The position numbers and the translations under genes were made by a program. Under the pieces are notes generated by a model that ran no database searches, was not told where the DNA came from, and saw only the letters and a list, made by a program, of their open reading frames with translations. 53,667 nucleotides of DNA from Clostridia bacterium (GTDB lineage: Bacteria > Bacillota > Clostridia > Oscillospirales > RGIG8002): positions 1 through 53,667 of the forward strand of contig JAFRVI010000022.1 of the NCBI GenBank assembly GCA_017438525.1, in the 5' to 3' direction. Shown in pieces: positions 1-7,092 of this stretch; positions within the stretch are counted from its first letter, which is position 1, and each line of letters starts with the position of its first letter.

Positions 1-1
1 G

Positions 2-151
2 AGCGTGTGCAGCTTCTTTATCGGGAGCGTCGTCTCCTACGCGCTGGAGCTCCCCTACGGCGCGGCGATAGTGCTCACCGAGCTCGCCGTCTTCGGCTGC
101 TTCTGCGCCGCCGCGGGAATAAAGCGGGCGGTGAGAAGGAAGCGGAAGTAA
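2..151 (+). CDS. 3' end of a membrane-protein gene cut by the window edge (possibly a metal ABC-transporter permease tail)
   Basis: An open frame enters from the left edge (...AIVLTELAVFGCFCAAAGIKRAVRRKRK*) with stop TAA at 149-151. Codon usage is GC-rich like the host genes. The family guess rests only on a 49-aa hydrophobic tail. Confidence 0.35.
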   Translation, partial: SVCSFFIGSVVSYALELPYGAAIVLTELAVFGCFCAAAGIKRAVRRKRK

Positions 152-298
152 AAACGATCACGGCAAAAAAGAACGCCTTTTTCACTCGCGATAAGGCAGG
201 TGTCCCGAAGGATAGTTCAATAGTTTATTACTATGTACGTGATAAGTCTTAAAACTCTTTGAGAATTGTCTTTACAAATATGCAAGATTAAAATAATT

Positions 299-322
299 AA
301 AGCGGGGAACTTTCCCCGCTTT
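299..322. terminator. Hairpin terminator between the edge gene and the hydrolase gene (bidirectional position)
   Basis: aaagcgggga / tccccgcttt stem with a 4-nt loop and A/T runs on both sides. Confidence 0.6.
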
Positions 323-353
323 AATTCTACCCAATAATACAATTAATCCTGCT

Positions 354-1352
354 TTAACTTGTGCCATTGCATATAAAGTCAACTATTGCCGAAATGAGTT
401 CATTGGGTAATTCTGAATGTTGATATATTGCAGAAGGATCAGCAACATCGATTTTATATCCGAAATGACTTTGATCTTCAAACACACGAAAACTCATATT
501 GTTCTGATCACCAAGTGTGCTTTGCCATAATTGAATGTCTTTGGGAAAGCTCTGTGCGTCCGCTTTGCTGTTGATGACAAGACACGAAAACTCGGCGTTT
601 TTTAGCGTTTTCAGTATATCTAACTCATTATAACTTACCCAGTAATAGTCGCTCGCTCCATAGTAATATAAACCTTTTGCACTATCTTTTGTCGCTGACT
701 TGGCTTCGCTTTCGTACTGACGGTAAGCAGCTTCATTTGCCTTATCGGCTGATATATACTGATCTGCAGCTATTTCCGCAAGGTGCCGTAGCGACGAATT
801 CCAAAGAATAAGCCCTTTAACCCCACACGTTTTTGACAATTCAACCGATATCTGCCCGCCGAGACTATGGCCGAGCAAATAAACTTCCAGCGTTTTTTGT
901 TGAGATTTCAACCAATTATAAGCACAAGTGTAATCGTCATAATACTCTTCCTTCAATCCGCTTTGTTGAGTGAATCTGTCAGCATATCTGTGTGTGCGTT
1001 TCTCGATGCGTAAAGAATTAACGCCTTTAGCGGCTAAAGCTATCGCCATATCACGGAAGGGTTCAAGCGAACCGATTGTCTCATTTACATCCGACGGACC
1101 GGAGCCCGGAACGAGCAACACAGCGGGTGATCGATCGTTTTTTGAAAAAGTATAAACCGCACTCAAAGCATATTCGCCGCTTTGCAAAATGAAGCTTCTT
1201 TCCGTAACGCCGTTTTCATATCTCTTTTCATAAGTATCACTTTGTTCATCCGGTAAAGAAGCAGAGATTGAAATCTCATTTTGATTGCCGGCCATAGAAC
1301 ATGATGTCAAAAGCAAGATCAGAGCGAAACTAACCACAATGACTCTTTTCAT
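354..1352 (-). CDS. Alpha/beta-hydrolase lipoprotein (serine esterase/lipase-like)
   Basis: Nucleophile elbow GHSLGG. N-terminus MKRVIVVSFALILLLTSC has a lipobox-like LTSC. GAGGT RBS lies before the ATG at 1352, so I prefer that start to the longer ORF start at 1370. The gene is visibly AT-rich compared with its flanks. Confidence 0.8.
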   Translation of the reverse strand: MKRVIVVSFALILLLTSCSMAGNQNEISISASLPDEQSDTYEKRYENGVTERSFILQSGEYALSAVYTFSKNDRSPAVLLVPGSGPSDVNETIGSLEPFRDMAIALAAKGVNSLRIEKRTHRYADRFTQQSGLKEEYYDDYTCAYNWLKSQQKTLEVYLLGHSLGGQISVELSKTCGVKGLILWNSSLRHLAEIAADQYISADKANEAAYRQYESEAKSATKDSAKGLYYYGASDYYWVSYNELDILKTLKNAEFSCLVINSKADAQSFPKDIQLWQSTLGDQNNMSFRVFEDQSHFGYKIDVADPSAIYQHSELPNELISAIVDFICNGTS

Positions 1353-1359
1353 AACTACC

Positions 1360-2049
1360 TCACATTTCATAATAATTGAACCAAAGGCCCGATATCTTCC
1401 CGCCGTGGAAAACGTATTTTATAACTAAACCGAGTTTTTCGTATTTGACATATTGAAGTATCACATTCCGATCGTTTGGATCTAATTCGTTTTTTTCGAG
1501 ACCGACAAAATTTCCAAGAGGTTTTAACGTATCTTTTCTGATTATTTGATAAACCTCTTTCGGCATATATGACTTGATTTTTTCGTTGAGATAATCATAG
1601 AGAATGTCCGTGTCATTGTTTATAATTGCTTCGGTACAGACTATAACCGCTTTTTGACGCTTTTCATCAAGCAGAACAATTCGCCCTTCTGTTTTATCGA
1701 ATATATTTCCGCCGCTTTCAATAACAGACAGTGCTTCATTCAACAGCTTCAACGTTCTGATTTTTTCGGCTATAAGAGCGTGTATTTTTGCTTGATTTAT
1801 TTCAATAGCTGAACGTAGATCTCCGCTATCGTTTTGCAAGTCGCGTATATCTTTCAGTGTCAGACCAAGCGAACGAAGAACAAGTACGTTTCTGATATTA
1901 TCTATTTGCGCGGATGTGTAATGCCTTCTTTGAGTCCCAAAGACTTTTGTGCTTGATATTATGTGCTTTTCCTCGTAAAAACGCAATGTGCGCGAAGTGA
2001 TGCCCAGCATACGGCAGACCGTATTTATATCAAACAATTCTCCACTCAT
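1360..2049 (-). CDS. MerR-family transcriptional regulator with a C-terminal effector domain of unknown type
   Basis: N-terminal MerR HTH signature (VCRMLGITSRTLRFYEEKHIISS) followed by a coiled-coil-like linker. AT-rich, and placed immediately upstream of the hydrolase gene. Confidence 0.85.
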   Translation of the reverse strand: MSGELFDINTVCRMLGITSRTLRFYEEKHIISSTKVFGTQRRHYTSAQIDNIRNVLVLRSLGLTLKDIRDLQNDSGDLRSAIEINQAKIHALIAEKIRTLKLLNEALSVIESGGNIFDKTEGRIVLLDEKRQKAVIVCTEAIINNDTDILYDYLNEKIKSYMPKEVYQIIRKDTLKPLGNFVGLEKNELDPNDRNVILQYVKYEKLGLVIKYVFHGGKISGLWFNYYEM

Positions 2050-2074
2050 TTTCCCACCCTTTTCATTATATCAC

Positions 2075-2105
2075 TTGACGTTGCGTCAATGTCAAGTATT
2101 ATAGT
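2075..2105 (+). promoter_or_regulatory. MerR-type promoter candidate: -35 TTGACG, 19-nt spacer, -10 TATAGT, with a palindrome across the -35 and spacer
   Basis: TTGACG is at 2075-2080 and TATAGT at 2100-2105, with exactly 19 nt between them. TTGACG-ttg-CGTCAA and CTTGAC-n11-GTCAAG inverted repeats overlap the -35 and spacer. The site lies in the divergent region between merR (minus strand) and the cotF-like gene (plus strand). Confidence 0.45.
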
Positions 2106-2197
2106 ATTAAAAATGCCAACTCATTCTTTTTATTTTATCTTTCCGAATATTACCCTCTTTTTCGCGGCATAATAAGCGCGAAAGGACAGGTGAAATT

Positions 2198-2656
2198 ATG
2201 CAGTTATCCCAAAAAGAATCCTCCCTGCTCAACGAGATGAAGGAGCAGGAAAAGCTCTGCATCGAGAAATACGACAAGCACGCCCGATGCGCGCACGACG
2301 GGCAGCTCAAAAACCTTTTCACGCAGCTCTCCTCCGCCGAGGGACAGCATTTAAGCTACCTTGACCAGATAGGCGAGGGCAGGATCCCGCAGGTCAGCGC
2401 CGCGGGCGGCAGCATCCCCTCCGGCTTCACTCAATGCTACGCCTCCGAAACGCCGGAGAAGCACGACGACTGCTACCTCTGCACCGACCTGCTGACCGGA
2501 GAGAAGCACACGTCCTCGCTCTATGACACCTGCATATTCGAGTTCCGCGACGAGGGCGTCCGCAACGTGCTGAACGCCATCCAAAAACAGGAGCAGAACC
2601 ACGGCAAAACGCTCTACGACTATATGAGCGTCAACGGTATGTATCAGGTCAACTGA
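2198..2656 (+). CDS. Spore coat protein F (CotF)-like protein
   Basis: LSQKESSLLNEMKEQEKLCIEKYDKHARCAHDGQLKNLFTQLSSAEGQHLSYL resembles the Coat_F four-helix repeat pattern. A second similar half follows (LTGEKHTSSLYDTCIFEF...QKQEQNH). Confidence 0.7.
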   Translation: MQLSQKESSLLNEMKEQEKLCIEKYDKHARCAHDGQLKNLFTQLSSAEGQHLSYLDQIGEGRIPQVSAAGGSIPSGFTQCYASETPEKHDDCYLCTDLLTGEKHTSSLYDTCIFEFRDEGVRNVLNAIQKQEQNHGKTLYDYMSVNGMYQVN

Positions 2657-2663
2657 ATACGCG

Positions 2664-2691
2664 AAAGCGGCTTCCGCTCGGAAGCCGCTTT
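2664..2691 (+). terminator. Rho-independent terminator of the cotF-like gene
   Basis: gcggcttcc (2667-2675) / ggaagccgc (2680-2688) 9-bp stem with loop gctc, followed by TTT. Confidence 0.7.
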
Positions 2692-2702
2692 AAGTTACTG
2701 TC

Positions 2703-2954
2703 GTTTGCAAAGCAAACATATCGCATTTGCCGAAAGGCAAATATATCGTATCGGCATCGACGATATATCGCATTTGCGTCAGCAAATATATCGCGCCGAG
2801 CGGCGCGAGACATATCGCGGGCGAAACCCGAAAAAAGCAGATGGACGATATGCGCCCAAGGGCGCGCGATATATCGCCTTAGGCGACACGATATATCCGC
2901 TGGCGGATACGATATGCCGGCTGAACCGCCGCGATATGTTCGCCTTCGGCGAAC
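2703..2954. repeat. Mirror-organised array: 5 x ATATCG, then 5 x CGATAT, at a 21-25 bp period, separated by unrelated GC-rich mini-palindromes
   Basis: Read directly from the sequence. ATATCG starts at 2718, 2743, 2765, 2788 and 2812. CGATAT starts at 2846, 2867, 2889, 2910 and 2932. At least nine different short palindromes fill the gaps. Confidence 0.7.
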
Positions 2955-2982
2955 GGGTGCGCCGCTGCGCGGCGCTTTCCGT

Positions 2983-3615
2983 TTATTCTTCGTCGTCGTA
3001 AATGCCGGTGATGAGCTCCTTGGCGTAAGGCAGAGATTCGATCCAGGCGCAGAAGACGTGCCACTCGTCCAGCTTGTGACTGCGGCGCGCGTGATGGATG
3101 TTTATCAGCGTCTCGTAGTTCAGCGTGCAAGTACGCATCTGGTTATAGCTCGACGGGAGCAGCTGTATCATACTGTACCAGAGGGCTTTATCCTTCGTCT
3201 CGTTATACTCGAGCCGGAGCGCCTCCAGCCGGTCGACGACCTGCTGCATAACGACCTTGCTCGCGTCGTCCATACGGTCGACGCTCATATCGTCCATCGA
3301 GAAGGGCTTGCTGTGGATCTTATGCATCGTGCTGCAGGAGTTGGCGACGGTGGCGACCTTGTATGTATCGTATTCCTTCCACCAGTAAAGCGGCGCGTTG
3401 ATGTCTACGGAAACGAATATCTGGCGTACGAACTTGCGGTGGTCGCTGCCGCTCTTGCAGAGGCGGACGGCGAGGGAAAGGTCGTTTTCGCCCAGGACGT
3501 AGTTGCCGTTTTCGTCATAATAGCTGTCGCTTTTCGCCCAGCTGTTGAGCGGGTTTCGCGCCCCGCGTATCGCGTTCTCGAAGTTCATCACCGAGGTGCG
3601 CATAAGTTCTATCAT
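2983..3615 (-). CDS. ThyX-fold (Thy1-like) protein lacking the canonical RHRxxS motif
   Basis: Collinear similarity to ThyX. NAPLYWWKEYDTYKVATVANSCST lines up with [24 protein letters not shown], and LLPSSYNQMRTCTLNYETLINIHHAR with [26 protein letters not shown]. GGAGG RBS is present. Confidence 0.6.
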   Translation of the reverse strand: MIELMRTSVMNFENAIRGARNPLNSWAKSDSYYDENGNYVLGENDLSLAVRLCKSGSDHRKFVRQIFVSVDINAPLYWWKEYDTYKVATVANSCSTMHKIHSKPFSMDDMSVDRMDDASKVVMQQVVDRLEALRLEYNETKDKALWYSMIQLLPSSYNQMRTCTLNYETLINIHHARRSHKLDEWHVFCAWIESLPYAKELITGIYDDEE

Positions 3616-3647
3616 TTCATTCGCCTCCGTTCGTTATTTCGCAATTA

Positions 3648-4661
3648 TCAAAGAATTATATGTACTTCGCCGAAGCGGAACTCCCTGTATTCGCCGTTGG
3701 ACGCGACGATCAGACTGCCGGTGTCGGAAATGTCGATCGCGGTGCCGCGGAAGGACTCCTTGACGGTGACGACCTCGACCTCCTGGCCGATGACGGCTGA
3801 AAGGTCGCGCGCTTCGTCGACTATGTAGCCGCGCTGCCATTCGACAGCGTCGGACTGCCCGAACTTCACCTGCGCGCTGCCGAAGTAGGCGGCGTAGAAG
3901 TGCTCGATGAGCGACGCCGCGAGGACGTTCGGCTCCGGCGCCTTGCCGGTAAGCTCCTCTATCGAGCCGGCGATATTGCGGATGGACGCGTCGTAGCCGC
4001 CGGGAGGCGTTACGGTGTTTATCCCGACGCCGACTATGCAGTACGCGGGGCAGCCCGCCTCCATATTCATCGTCAGCTCGGTGAGTATGCCGCCGATCTT
4101 TTTGCCGCCGGAGACTATGTCGTTAGTCCACTTGATCGCGGGCTTCAGCGAAGTCGAAGCGGCGATCGCCTTGCAGAACGCGACTCCCGCAAGGGTGGTC
4201 ACGAAGGAGACGTCGCTCGCCTCGAGCGCGGGACGGATGAGCATGCTCATGTAGACGCCGCAGTCGCGTTCACTCTCGAAGCTCTTGCCCTGCCTGCCTC
4301 TGCCGGCGGTCTGCTCGCGCGCGATGACGACGGTGCCGGAGGGCGCTCCCTCGTCCGCGAGCGCGCGGAGCACGGCGTTGGTCGAGCCGGTCTTGTCGAC
4401 AAGCTTGATATCGACCCCCGCGAATTCGCGCGGCAGGTTCGCCTTTATGCCCTCCGCGTCGATAAGGTCGGGGGAGAAGTTGAGGCAATAGCCCTTGTTC
4501 GTGACGGAATAGATCATATTCCCTTCTTTTTTAAGCTGCAGGACGGCCTTCCAGACGCTGCAGCGGGTAACTCCCAGCTGCTGCGCTATCTTTTCGCCGG
4601 AGACGTATTCTCCGCCCGCCTCTTTGAGCAGTTTCAGCACTTTTTGCGACGTCGACGACAT
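3648..4661 (-). CDS. birA: Bifunctional biotin-[acetyl-CoA-carboxylase] ligase / biotin operon repressor
   Basis: N-terminal HTH (EKIAQQLGVTRCSVWKAV), the GRGRQGKSF biotin-binding loop, and a C-terminal SH3-like tail. I place the start at the ATG at 4661, which has GGGGG upstream. Confidence 0.9.
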   Translation of the reverse strand: MSSTSQKVLKLLKEAGGEYVSGEKIAQQLGVTRCSVWKAVLQLKKEGNMIYSVTNKGYCLNFSPDLIDAEGIKANLPREFAGVDIKLVDKTGSTNAVLRALADEGAPSGTVVIAREQTAGRGRQGKSFESERDCGVYMSMLIRPALEASDVSFVTTLAGVAFCKAIAASTSLKPAIKWTNDIVSGGKKIGGILTELTMNMEAGCPAYCIVGVGINTVTPPGGYDASIRNIAGSIEELTGKAPEPNVLAASLIEHFYAAYFGSAQVKFGQSDAVEWQRGYIVDEARDLSAVIGQEVEVVTVKESFRGTAIDISDTGSLIVASNGEYREFRFGEVHIIL

Positions 4662-4750
4662 TTGCGGCACCCCCGATTTTAACGATTTTCCGCCCCTTAA
4701 GAGCGGATTGTCAACTTGATACTTATATTATAACATACAATCGGGAAATA

Positions 4751-5425
4751 TCAAGCGTCTTCGACAATTTTTCCGTCGGAAAGCGCAATAATTCTTCCGG
4801 CGCCGGCGGCGACCTTCATATCGTGGGTTATGACCACCAGAGTGTGCCCGTTACCGTTAAGCTCGCGCAGCAGCGAAAGCACCTCCGCGCCGGTGCGGCT
4901 GTCGAGGTTTCCGGTCGGCTCGTCGGCGAGGATTATCGGCGGCGAAGGCGCGATCGCGCGGGCTATCGCCACGCGCTGCTGCTGCCCGCCGGAAAGCTCC
5001 GCGGGCTTGTGCTCACGCCGCGAGGAAAGCCCCGTCGCGTCCAGCGCGGCGAGCGCAAGCTCGCGCCTGCGGCTTCGCGGAACGCCGCGGTAAAGCAGCG
5101 GCAGCTCCACGTTCTCCAGCGCCGTCAAAGTCGGTATGAGGTTGAAGCCCTGGAATATGAATCCGACTCGCTCGCGGCGTATCGCGGAGAGCTTCTTTTC
5201 CGAAAGGCGCGCGACCTCCCTGCCGCAGAGCGCGAAGCTCCCGCGCGTCGGCACGTCGAGGCAGCCGATTATGTTCATCAGCGTGGATTTTCCGCTGCCG
5301 CTGCTGCCGATTATCGCGACCGATTCGCCCTCCCGCACGGAGAGCGAAACTCCGCGCAGCGCCTCGACGTCGCGCTCCCCGCCGCCGTATATTTTCCACG
5401 CGTTTTCAAGCCGTATCACTTCCAT
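4751..5425 (-). CDS. ABC transporter ATP-binding protein, MacB/LolD-like subfamily
   Basis: Walker [10 protein letters not shown], signature [14 protein letters not shown], Walker [12 protein letters not shown], and an H-loop THD. The ATG at 5425 has a GGGAG RBS. Confidence 0.9.
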   Translation of the reverse strand: MEVIRLENAWKIYGGGERDVEALRGVSLSVREGESVAIIGSSGSGKSTLMNIIGCLDVPTRGSFALCGREVARLSEKKLSAIRRERVGFIFQGFNLIPTLTALENVELPLLYRGVPRSRRRELALAALDATGLSSRREHKPAELSGGQQQRVAIARAIAPSPPIILADEPTGNLDSRTGAEVLSLLRELNGNGHTLVVITHDMKVAAGAGRIIALSDGKIVEDA

Positions 5426-5565
5426 ACACACCACTCCCGTTATTCTATTCTGCCCGCAAAAACGCGATTTTCGCGGGCACGGCGGCGATTTTTCTTGACA
5501 TAATCAGGTTTTGAGGTTATTCTTATTGTGTATAATTGTGGGAAAGGCGGCTATTTAAGGTTGCT

Positions 5566-7092
5566 ATGAGAAGGATAAGGATATTTGACACGACGCTGCG
5601 CGACGGGGAGCAGGCTCCCGGCTGCTCGATGCACGTTGAGGAAAAATGCGAAATGGCGCACCGGCTCGAACGCCTCGGAGTAGACGTTATCGAGGCGGGC
5701 TTCGCCGCGGCCTCGCCCGGCGACGCCGAAGCGATCGCCGCCGTCGCCGCGAGGGTGAAGGACGTTTCCGTCGCTTCGCTCGCGCGGGCGAACAGGCACG
5801 ACATCGACGCCTCCTACGCGGCGCTGAAAAACGCCGCCGCGCCGCTGCTTCACGTCGTTATCTCCACCTCAGACCTGCACATGGAGCGCAAGCTGCGTAT
5901 GACGCGCGAGCAGGTGCTTGAAGCGATCGCCGAGAGCGCCGCCTACGCGTGTTCGCTCTGCGGCGACGTGGAATACTCCTTCGAGGACGCCACCCGCAGC
6001 GACCGCGAATTCCTCGCGCTGTGCGTGCGCGCCGCGCTGAACGCGGGCGCCTCCACCGTCAACGTGCCCGACACCGTCGGCTACGCCGTGCCCGCCGAGA
6101 TGGCGGAGCTGATAAGCTATCTGCGCGGCGCCGTTCCGGAGCTGGAGGGCAAGGGGCTCTCCACCCACTGCCACAACGATATGGGGCTCGCGGTCGCGAA
6201 CTCCATCGCCGCGGTACGCGCCGGGGCGACGCAGGTCGAATGCACCGTCAACGGCATCGGCGAACGCGCCGGCAACGCCGCCCTCGAGGAGATAGTCATG
6301 GCGCTGCGCACCCGCGCCGACGTCTTCGGCGTCGAGACCGGCGTGAACACGAAGCAGATATGCCGCGCGAGCCGCACGCTTTCGCGCATCACCGGCATTC
6401 CGGTGCCGCCCAACAAAGCCATCGTCGGCGCGAACGCGTTCGCGCACGAATCCGGCATCCATCAGCACGGGATGCTCGCCGACCGCCGCACCTACGAGAT
6501 CATCTCCCCCGCCGACGTCGGCGCGGGCGAGGAACGCATAGTGCTCGGCAAGCACTCCGGCAGGCACGCCTTCGAGGAGTACCTGCAGTCGCTCGGCTAC
6601 GCCTTCGACCCCGCTCGCGTGGACGATTTCTTCGCGGACTTCAAGCTCCTCTGCGACCGCAAGAAGGAGATCTCCTCCGATGATATCGAGGCGATAATCA
6701 TGCACAAGGCCGCGGCGATACCGGAGACCTACACGCTCTCCGCGTTCGTCGTAAACAGCGGCAACGTCATCTCCTCCACCGCTACCGTCACGCTGGACAG
6801 GCAGGGCGAAAAGCGCGAGGGCGTCGCGATGGGCGACGGACCGGTCGACGCCGCCTTCAAGGCGGTCGAGAGCGTCACGGGGCTGAAGATGAAGCTTGAC
6901 GACTACTCCATACGCAGCGTTTCCGAAGGCGGAGACGCGCTCGGCGAAGTCAGCATCCGCGTCACCTGCGACGGCAGGCAGTTCATAGGCAAGGGGCTCT
7001 CCACCGACATTATCGAATCTTCGCTGCTCGCTTACGTCAACGCGGTCAACCGCATTATCGCGGCGGGCGAAAGGAGCGATGAAAATGCTTGA
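5566..7092 (+). CDS. leuA: 2-isopropylmalate synthase
   Basis: IFDTTLRDGEQ start motif, HCHNDMGLAVANS, and a C-terminal LeuA dimerisation/regulatory domain. I prefer the ATG at 5566 to the upstream alternative start. Confidence 0.9.
   Translation: MRRIRIFDTTLRDGEQAPGCSMHVEEKCEMAHRLERLGVDVIEAGFAAASPGDAEAIAAVAARVKDVSVASLARANRHDIDASYAALKNAAAPLLHVVISTSDLHMERKLRMTREQVLEAIAESAAYACSLCGDVEYSFEDATRSDREFLALCVRAALNAGASTVNVPDTVGYAVPAEMAELISYLRGAVPELEGKGLSTHCHNDMGLAVANSIAAVRAGATQVECTVNGIGERAGNAALEEIVMALRTRADVFGVETGVNTKQICRASRTLSRITGIPVPPNKAIVGANAFAHESGIHQHGMLADRRTYEIISPADVGAGEERIVLGKHSGRHAFEEYLQSLGYAFDPARVDDFFADFKLLCDRKKEISSDDIEAIIMHKAAAIPETYTLSAFVVNSGNVISSTATVTLDRQGEKREGVAMGDGPVDAAFKAVESVTGLKMKLDDYSIRSVSEGGDALGEVSIRVTCDGRQFIGKGLSTDIIESSLLAYVNAVNRIIAAGERSDENA

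Noticed and set aside
7-252. An 81-aa plus-strand ORF at the left edge.
   Set aside because: It is out of frame with the better-supported hydrophobic C-terminal fragment that ends at 151, and its translation is Arg-rich and shadow-like.
2705-3001. A 98-aa plus-strand ORF covering the ATATCG array, whose peptide has recurring IYR/DI motifs.
   Set aside because: The periodic peptide only reflects the DNA repeat. There is no RBS, and the ORF runs into the 3' end of the convergent thyX-like gene. I treat the region as non-coding.
5435-5565. A T-box, leader-peptide attenuator or riboswitch upstream of leuA. I also looked upstream of ilvE (39007-39117) and upstream of the methionine-related genes.
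   Set aside because: The regions are too short for a T-box. I could not find a specifier/antiterminator arrangement, an S-box or a B12 consensus by eye. A covariance-model scan would be needed to be sure.
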